DNA of 64,000 nucleotides from Burkholderiales bacterium (GTDB lineage: Bacteria; Pseudomonadota; Gammaproteobacteria; Burkholderiales; SG8-39): contig JAOAFL010000004.1 of NCBI GenBank assembly GCA_026416295.1, positions 4,311 to 68,310 of the forward strand, given 5' to 3'. Of the stretch, positions 58,770 through 64,000 are shown in pieces. The notes beneath the pieces are model-generated. The model was given only the letters and a program-made list of their open reading frames with translations. It made no database searches and was not told the DNA's origin. Position 1 is the stretch's first letter. The number at the start of each line of letters is the position of its first letter. The position numbers were made by a program, and so were the translations under genes.

Positions 58770-60572
58770 ATGGAAGAAGCTGCGGGGTCAAGGCGGCAAC
58801 GCGAGGGCCGTGGGCACTGCGCGATCGCGATCGTGCTGCTCGCTGCCGGCTGCGCGCAAGCGCCGCTCAAACCCGCCGACACGCACCTTCGCGCCCCCGA
58901 GCCGCGCGCCGAAGGCGAGATTCCCCCGCCGGTACTGGTCGCCCCGGTGCTGCCGGTGCCGAAGCCGGCGCCGCGGCCGGAGACCTACAGCGTGGTGGTG
59001 AACGACGTTCCGGTGCACGACCTGCTCTTTGCGCTCGCGCGCGATGCGAAGCTGAACGTCGACATCCACCCGGGGCTCACTGGTCGGGTGACGCTCAACG
59101 CGATCGACCAGACGCTGCCGCAGCTGCTCGCGCGCATCGCGCGGCAGGTCGACATGCGTTGGGAACTCGACGGCCAGAACCTCGTGGTGATGCGCGATAC
59201 GCCCTACCTGCGCGTCTACAAGGTCGACTACGTCAGCGCCTCGCGCAACGTCAAGATGCAGTCGACCGCCTCGACGCAGTTCGGAACGACCGGGGCGACG
59301 AGCCCGGGCGCCGCTGTCGGCACCGCCGCCGGCACCGGCGCGACCGCGACGGTGGACGTCGTCTCGACCAACCAGCTCTGGGACGCGATCGTGCAGAACG
59401 TGCGCGAGATCCTGCGCGAGACCGACAAAATTGTGCCGTTGACGGCCCCGGCGCCGGCAGCGCAGCCGGCAACCGCCGCAGCGCCGCCCGCCGCGCCGGC
59501 ACCGGCACAATCGGCGCAGGCGCCGCCCGCTGCGCCGGCGCCCGCCGCGCAGCCGGCGGTCGAATTCCGCGAAGCGGCTTCCGTCATCGGCAACCGGGAA
59601 AGCGGCGTGCTCTTCGTTCGCGCGACCTCCCGCCAGCACGAAAAAGTGCAGGAATTCCTCGACCAGGTGCTCGCCAACATCCGGCGTCAGGTGCTGATCG
59701 AAGCGACCATCGTCGAGGTGCAGCTGAACAACGCCTACCAGCGCGGCATCGACTGGTCGCGCGTGCGCCGCGGCGCGAGCGGCGTGACGCTCCGGGGCTT
59801 CTCCGCGCCGGCGATCCCCGAGGTCGATACCAATCGGTTCATCATCGACGCCGCGGTCGCTTCGATCGGGCTGGAGGCGACGATCCGGATGCTCGAGACC
59901 TTCGGCGACGTGCGCGTGCTCTCCAGCCCGAAGGTGAGCGTGCTCAACAATCAGATCGCGCTGCTGCGCGTGACGCGCGACATCGTCTACTTCACCGTCT
60001 CGCCCTCGACCACGCCGATCACGATCGCCGCGACCGCCGGCGTGCCGAACATTCAGCTGCCGTTCAACACCACGCCGCAGGTCGCCGCCGAGGGCTTCAT
60101 GATGAGCGTGCTGCCGCAGGTGAGCGACAACGACACGATCGTGCTCAACGTCCGCCCCACGATCCGCCGGCGCGTCGATTTCGCGGTGGATCCCAATCCG
60201 GCGATTCCGGCCGCGACCCCGAACCTCGTGCCGGTGTTCGAGACCCGCGAGCTCGATTCGATCCTGCGCATCCAGAGCGGCCAGATCGCCGTGCTCGGGG
60301 GCCTGATGCAGGAGCAAGCGGAAAACACCGAGGACGCGATCCCCGGCGTGCGCGACTTGCCGCTCATCGGCCCTCTCACCGGCCAGCGCAGAGACGTTCG
60401 CCGCAAGACCGAGCTGGTGATCTTCCTGCGCGCGACGGTGCTGCGCGACCCCACGATCGGCGGCGATTTTCGCGAGCTTCGCCAGCATCTGCCCGGAGAG
60501 GACTTCTTCCGCAAGCCGAATCCGGGGCGCGTCGCGCCGCAGATCGGCCCCTCGGGCGCGCCGCTGCAGTGA
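58770..60572 (+). CDS. MshL/GspD-family secretin lipoprotein
   Basis: 600 aa with the lipobox LLAAGC. The N-domain reads SVVVNDVPVHDLLFALARDAKLNVDIHP. The secretin core reads RQVLIEATIVEVQLNN...VLSSPKVSVLNNQ...IPGVRDLPLIGPL...ELVIFLRATVL. Confidence 0.9.
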   Translation: MEEAAGSRRQREGRGHCAIAIVLLAAGCAQAPLKPADTHLRAPEPRAEGEIPPPVLVAPVLPVPKPAPRPETYSVVVNDVPVHDLLFALARDAKLNVDIHPGLTGRVTLNAIDQTLPQLLARIARQVDMRWELDGQNLVVMRDTPYLRVYKVDYVSASRNVKMQSTASTQFGTTGATSPGAAVGTAAGTGATATVDVVSTNQLWDAIVQNVREILRETDKIVPLTAPAPAAQPATAAAPPAAPAPAQSAQAPPAAPAPAAQPAVEFREAASVIGNRESGVLFVRATSRQHEKVQEFLDQVLANIRRQVLIEATIVEVQLNNAYQRGIDWSRVRRGASGVTLRGFSAPAIPEVDTNRFIIDAAVASIGLEATIRMLETFGDVRVLSSPKVSVLNNQIALLRVTRDIVYFTVSPSTTPITIAATAGVPNIQLPFNTTPQVAAEGFMMSVLPQVSDNDTIVLNVRPTIRRRVDFAVDPNPAIPAATPNLVPVFETRELDSILRIQSGQIAVLGGLMQEQAENTEDAIPGVRDLPLIGPLTGQRRDVRRKTELVIFLRATVLRDPTIGGDFRELRQHLPGEDFFRKPNPGRVAPQIGPSGAPLQ

Positions 60573-60573
60573 C

Positions 60574-61968
60574 ATGAGTCTGCTGCTCGAAGCGCTCAAG
60601 CGCGCCGAGAAGGCAAAAGCGGAAGCCGAGCGCCGCGCGCGCGGCGCGACGCAGGCCGGCGACGCCGATCCGGAACCGACCGCCGCCCAGCCCGCAAAGC
60701 ACGTCACCACGCGCGAAGACCTGCCGCCGATCTCCGCGCCGCTCGAGATCGCGACAGACGATCTCGGCGCGCCGGAGGCGAAAAAGCCGGCGCGGGAACT
60801 CTCGCTCGAGGAAGTGCCGCCGGCGCCGCCCGCGGCGCCGCGCTCCCCTGAGCGGCGCGAGGGCGCGCGCGCCGCAAGCGAGGCCACCGCGCGCAACCGT
60901 GCGACGGCACAGAAGGTTTTCGAAGCGAAGATGCGCGAGCCGAACCCGAGGCTTCCCTTCTACATCACGCTCGGCGTGCTCGGTGTCGCCGCGGTCGCCA
61001 TTTTCGTGTACTTCTGGATCCAGCTGCGGCCACCGCCTCCGCTCGTCAATCCGAACCCGCCGCAGCCGCCGGGCGAGGCGCCGACCGCACTCGCGCAGGC
61101 AAAGCCTGCAGAGCCGACACCCGCCGCGCAGCCGCCTGCGCCGCAGCCCGAGATTCCGGGATTGCCGGCCGTATCCGCGCCGAGCGCGCAGGCGGCTCAG
61201 CCGGCCATACCGCCTGCACCGGCCGCGGCGCCGGCGACACCCGCCCCGCAGAAGCCGTCGGCCGGACCGGCTGCGCCGGAGATCGCGAAAGCCCTCCCCC
61301 CCGCGGCGAAGCCGTCGGCGCGGGCGGCGGCTGCGCCTTCGCCCGCGCGAACAGCGGCCGCCGATCAGGCGGCGCTCAGCGTTCGCCGGCCCGAGTTACA
61401 GGTGCATCCGCGCGTCGAATCGGGCTTTGCCGCCTATCACGCCGGCGATCTCGCGCGCGCGCGCGCCGACTACGAGGCCGCGCTGCGCGACGATCCGGGC
61501 AACCGCGATGCGCTGCTCGGGCTCGCGGCGGTCGAAATGCGCGCGCAGCGCTATGCGGAGGCCGAGGCGCTCTACCAGAAGCTCCTTGCGGCCAATCCGC
61601 GCGATCCGCACGCGCAGGCGGGTCTTCTCGCGCTTCGCGCGCAGATTCTCGATCCGGTGATCGCGGAATCGCGCGTGAAGACCCTGCTCGCCGGCGACCC
61701 GGACGCGGCCGCGCTGCATTTCGCGCTCGGCAACCAGTACGCGCTGCAGGCGCGCTGGGCGGAAGCGCAGCAGGCGTATTTCCGCGCCTGGGTCGCCGAT
61801 CCCGAGAATCCGGATTTCGCGTACAACCTCGCCGTCAGCCTCGACCAGCTGCGCCAGAGCGCGCTCGCCGCGGAGTACTACCGGCGCGCGCTCGCGCTCG
61901 CAGAGAGGCGGGCGGCGAACTTCCCGCTCGAGGTGGCGCGTCAGCGCGCGGCGCAGCTCGCGCGCTGA
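60574..61968 (+). CDS. TPR-repeat membrane protein, MshN-like
   Basis: The ATG lies 1 nt after the secretin stop. The product has MSLLLEALKRAEKAK, one TM segment (FYITLGVLGVAAVAIFVYFWI), a Pro/Ala-rich linker and a C-terminal TPR block (YEAALRDDPGNRDALLGLA...). Confidence 0.75.
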   Translation: MSLLLEALKRAEKAKAEAERRARGATQAGDADPEPTAAQPAKHVTTREDLPPISAPLEIATDDLGAPEAKKPARELSLEEVPPAPPAAPRSPERREGARAASEATARNRATAQKVFEAKMREPNPRLPFYITLGVLGVAAVAIFVYFWIQLRPPPPLVNPNPPQPPGEAPTALAQAKPAEPTPAAQPPAPQPEIPGLPAVSAPSAQAAQPAIPPAPAAAPATPAPQKPSAGPAAPEIAKALPPAAKPSARAAAAPSPARTAAADQAALSVRRPELQVHPRVESGFAAYHAGDLARARADYEAALRDDPGNRDALLGLAAVEMRAQRYAEAEALYQKLLAANPRDPHAQAGLLALRAQILDPVIAESRVKTLLAGDPDAAALHFALGNQYALQARWAEAQQAYFRAWVADPENPDFAYNLAVSLDQLRQSALAAEYYRRALALAERRAANFPLEVARQRAAQLAR

Positions 61969-62018
61969 CAACCTTTTGCACCCGCGCGCCCGCCGGGCGC
62001 CGGTATCATGGAGCCCGC

Positions 62019-63728
62019 ATGAATCTGCCCGCGACGCCCCAGGCCCGGCGCCACATCGGCCAGATCCTGATCGACCAGGGCATCCTCACCGAGGACCAGC
62101 TGAGGATCGCGCTGCTCGAGCAGACCAAGTCGCACATGCCCGTCGGGCGACTGCTCGTCAAGCTCGGCTTCGTGTCCGAGGCGACGCTGCGCGACGCGCT
62201 CTCCGAAAAGCTCGGCCTGCAGCCGGTCGATCTCGCGCACATCATCGTCGATCCGGTCGCGCTCAGGATGCTGCCGCGCGAGCTCGCGCGCCGCTACCGG
62301 ATGTTTCCGGTGGCGGTGGATCGGCAGGCGCGGCGGTTTATCGTCGCGCTCGCCGACACGAACAACATCGTCGCGATCGACCAGCTGCGCGCGCACCTCA
62401 GGAACGAATACGAGATCGAGCTGCGCCTGGCGGGCGACTCGGAGATCGAGCGCGCGATCGAGCACTACTACGGCCACGAGTTCTCGATCGACGGTATCCT
62501 GCGCGAGATCGAGACCGGCGAGGTCGACTACACCTCGATCGCCGAGGGCGACGAGTACTCGCAGCCGGTGGTCCGGCTCATCTCGGCGCTCCTTGCCGAC
62601 GCGGTCGAGCGCGGCGCTTCCGACATCCACTTCGAGCCGGAGCAGAATTTCCTGCGCATCCGCTACCGCATCGACGGCGTGCTGCGCCAGATCCGGAGTC
62701 TGCACAAGACCTACTGGCCGGCGATGGCGGTGCGGCTGAAGGTGATGGCGAAGATGAACATCGCCGAGACGCGCGCGCCGCAGGACGGCCGCATCTCCGC
62801 CACCATGGCCGGGCGCGTGGTCGATTTCCGCGTCGCCTCGATGCCGACGACGCACGGCGAGAACATCGTGCTGCGGATCCTCGACCGACAGAAGGGGATC
62901 GTGCCGCTCGAGCGGCTCGGCCTGGAGGAGGGGCAGCTCGAGCTTCTCAAGCGGATGCTCGCCCGCCCCGAGGGCATCATTCTCGTCACCGGTCCGACGG
63001 GCAGCGGCAAGACCACCACGCTCTACTCTGTGCTCAACCACATCAATTCCGACGGCGTCAACATCATGACGCTCGAGGATCCGGTCGAGTATCCGATGAC
63101 GCTCATCCGCCAGACGTCGGTCGCCGAGGCGGCGAAGCTCGATTTTGCGAACGGCATCCGGGCGCTGATGCGCCAGGACCCGGACGTGATCCTCGTGGGC
63201 GAGATCCGCGACGCCGACACCGCGCAGATGGCCTTCCGCGCGGCGATGACCGGGCACCAGGTGTTCTCCACCCTGCACACCAACTCGGCGGTGGGCGCGA
63301 TTCCGCGGCTGCTCGACATCGGCATCGCGCCCGACATCATGGCGGGCAACATCATCGGCGTCATCGCGCAGCGGCTCGTGCGTCGGCTGTGCCGGACCTG
63401 CCGTCAGCCATACGACCCGGACGTGCGCGAGCGCCGGCTCGTCGGCGCCGCGCCGACCGAGGCGCTCGCGCTGTTTCGTGCGGTCGGCTGCGAGCACTGC
63501 GACTACCAGGGCTATCGCGGCCGCGTCGCGATCATGGAGATCCTCAAGATCGATCCGGCGATCGACGAGCTGATCGCGCGCCGGGCGACCGCGCGCGAGA
63601 TCCTCACCGCGGCGCGCGCCAAAGGCTTCAAGACCCTCGCCGAGGACGGCGTGCGGCTGGTGCGCGCGGGCGCGACGAGCGTCGAGGAACTGATGCGCGT
63701 GGTGGACCTCACCGACCGGATGGCGTAG
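62019..63728 (+). CDS. GspE/PilB/MshE-family secretion ATPase with an N-terminal MshEN-like domain
   Basis: 569 aa with two T2SSE_N-type repeats at the N-terminus, Walker A GPTGSGKTT, Asp/His boxes, and the tetracysteine CRTC...CEHC. Confidence 0.95.
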   Translation: MNLPATPQARRHIGQILIDQGILTEDQLRIALLEQTKSHMPVGRLLVKLGFVSEATLRDALSEKLGLQPVDLAHIIVDPVALRMLPRELARRYRMFPVAVDRQARRFIVALADTNNIVAIDQLRAHLRNEYEIELRLAGDSEIERAIEHYYGHEFSIDGILREIETGEVDYTSIAEGDEYSQPVVRLISALLADAVERGASDIHFEPEQNFLRIRYRIDGVLRQIRSLHKTYWPAMAVRLKVMAKMNIAETRAPQDGRISATMAGRVVDFRVASMPTTHGENIVLRILDRQKGIVPLERLGLEEGQLELLKRMLARPEGIILVTGPTGSGKTTTLYSVLNHINSDGVNIMTLEDPVEYPMTLIRQTSVAEAAKLDFANGIRALMRQDPDVILVGEIRDADTAQMAFRAAMTGHQVFSTLHTNSAVGAIPRLLDIGIAPDIMAGNIIGVIAQRLVRRLCRTCRQPYDPDVRERRLVGAAPTEALALFRAVGCEHCDYQGYRGRVAIMEILKIDPAIDELIARRATAREILTAARAKGFKTLAEDGVRLVRAGATSVEELMRVVDLTDRMA

Positions 63729-63786
63729 CGGCGCCGGGGGCGCGCCGACTTGCATCGGCGGCCGCGCCCGGTGCATCCTGAGGCCG

Positions 63787-64000
63787 ATGCCGCTCTACAC
63801 CTACAAGGCGATCGACGCGCACGGCAAGGCGGTGCTCGGCCGCGCCGAGGCGGTCAACCTGTTCGACCTCGAGCAGCGCCTTGCGCGCATGGGGCTCGAC
63901 CTCGTCACCGGCGCGCCGACGGCGCAGAAATCGCGCCTCGTCGGCGGCGTGAGAATCCGCCGGCACGACCTGATCAACTTCTGCTACCAGCTGGAGCAGA
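63787..64000 (+). CDS. GspF/PilC/MshG-family platform protein (N-terminal fragment; continues beyond window)
   Basis: MPLYTYKAIDAHGKAVLGRAEAVNLFDLEQRLARMGLDLV is the typical GspF-family N-terminus. The frame is open to the window end. Confidence 0.85.
   Translation, partial: MPLYTYKAIDAHGKAVLGRAEAVNLFDLEQRLARMGLDLVTGAPTAQKSRLVGGVRIRRHDLINFCYQLEQ

Noticed and set aside
59270-59570. An Ala/Pro/Thr/Gly-rich ~100-aa low-complexity insert in the secretin (TGATSPGAAVGTAAGTGATA...APAPAAQPATAAAPPAAPAPAQSAQAPPAAPAPAAQP). It was considered as a repeat array or a recombination hotspot.
   Set aside because: The nucleotide sequence is not a clean tandem repeat. This looks like a flexible linker between the N-domains and the secretin core.
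62004-62009. A TATCAT hexamer 9 nt upstream of the gspE/mshE ATG, considered as another leaderless-type -10.
   Set aside because: A GGAG Shine-Dalgarno (62010-62013) lies between it and the ATG, so a conventional leadered or coupled translation start is equally likely. It was excluded from the leaderless set.

Overview
Very GC-rich bacterial chromosomal segment. The gene order sspB-sspA-petCBA, tatCBA-hit-hisEIFAHBCDG-murA-ibaG-yadHG-mlaBCADEF is, by inference, typical of Betaproteobacteria of the Rhodocyclales/Burkholderiales type. I support about 75 protein-coding genes or gene remnants and one tRNA-Thr(UGU). I saw no rRNA, CRISPR array, transposase, integrase or phage genes. Content from left to right: (1) acyl-CoA dehydrogenase tail and a hotdog thioesterase. 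(2) A CzcCBA-type heavy-metal RND efflux operon whose pump gene is translationally coupled to a P-II-like protein. (3) A LIV-type ABC importer with an embedded acyl-CoA synthetase, divergent from an AtuA-like/FAH/dsbB operon. (4) An assimilatory sulfite reductase and sirohaem cluster (cysI-DUF934-cobA-cbiX) with divergent cysB. (5) A PHA depolymerase, a penicillin/AHL-acylase family protein and gph. (6) A small decayed accessory patch: a truncated nucleotidyltransferase cassette, and further on a 441-bp non-coding gap next to an internally deleted threonine dehydratase. (7) fadD, GFA, a DMT transporter, ogt and fadH, then an FkbM methyltransferase with an orphan cofD. (8) sspAB and the cytochrome bc1 genes, then a DegS-like protease. 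(9) A 15.5-kb co-directional tat-hit-his-murA-ibaG-ABC2-mla supercluster. (10) At the right edge, an MSHA/T2SS-like secretin/ATPase cluster headed by a permease-less ABC ATPase and an orphan sigma-54 response regulator. Most of the window is ordinary core genome, and I do not see a clear-cut unprecedented system. The observations most worth a second look are the unusual head and composition of the Msh-like cluster, the P-II-like protein coupled to the RND pump, a recurrent -10-box-next-to-start-codon pattern suggesting leaderless mRNAs, the orphan cofD/FkbM pair, and the gene-decay patch. All functional calls come from reading the translated ORFs by eye; no database search was run.
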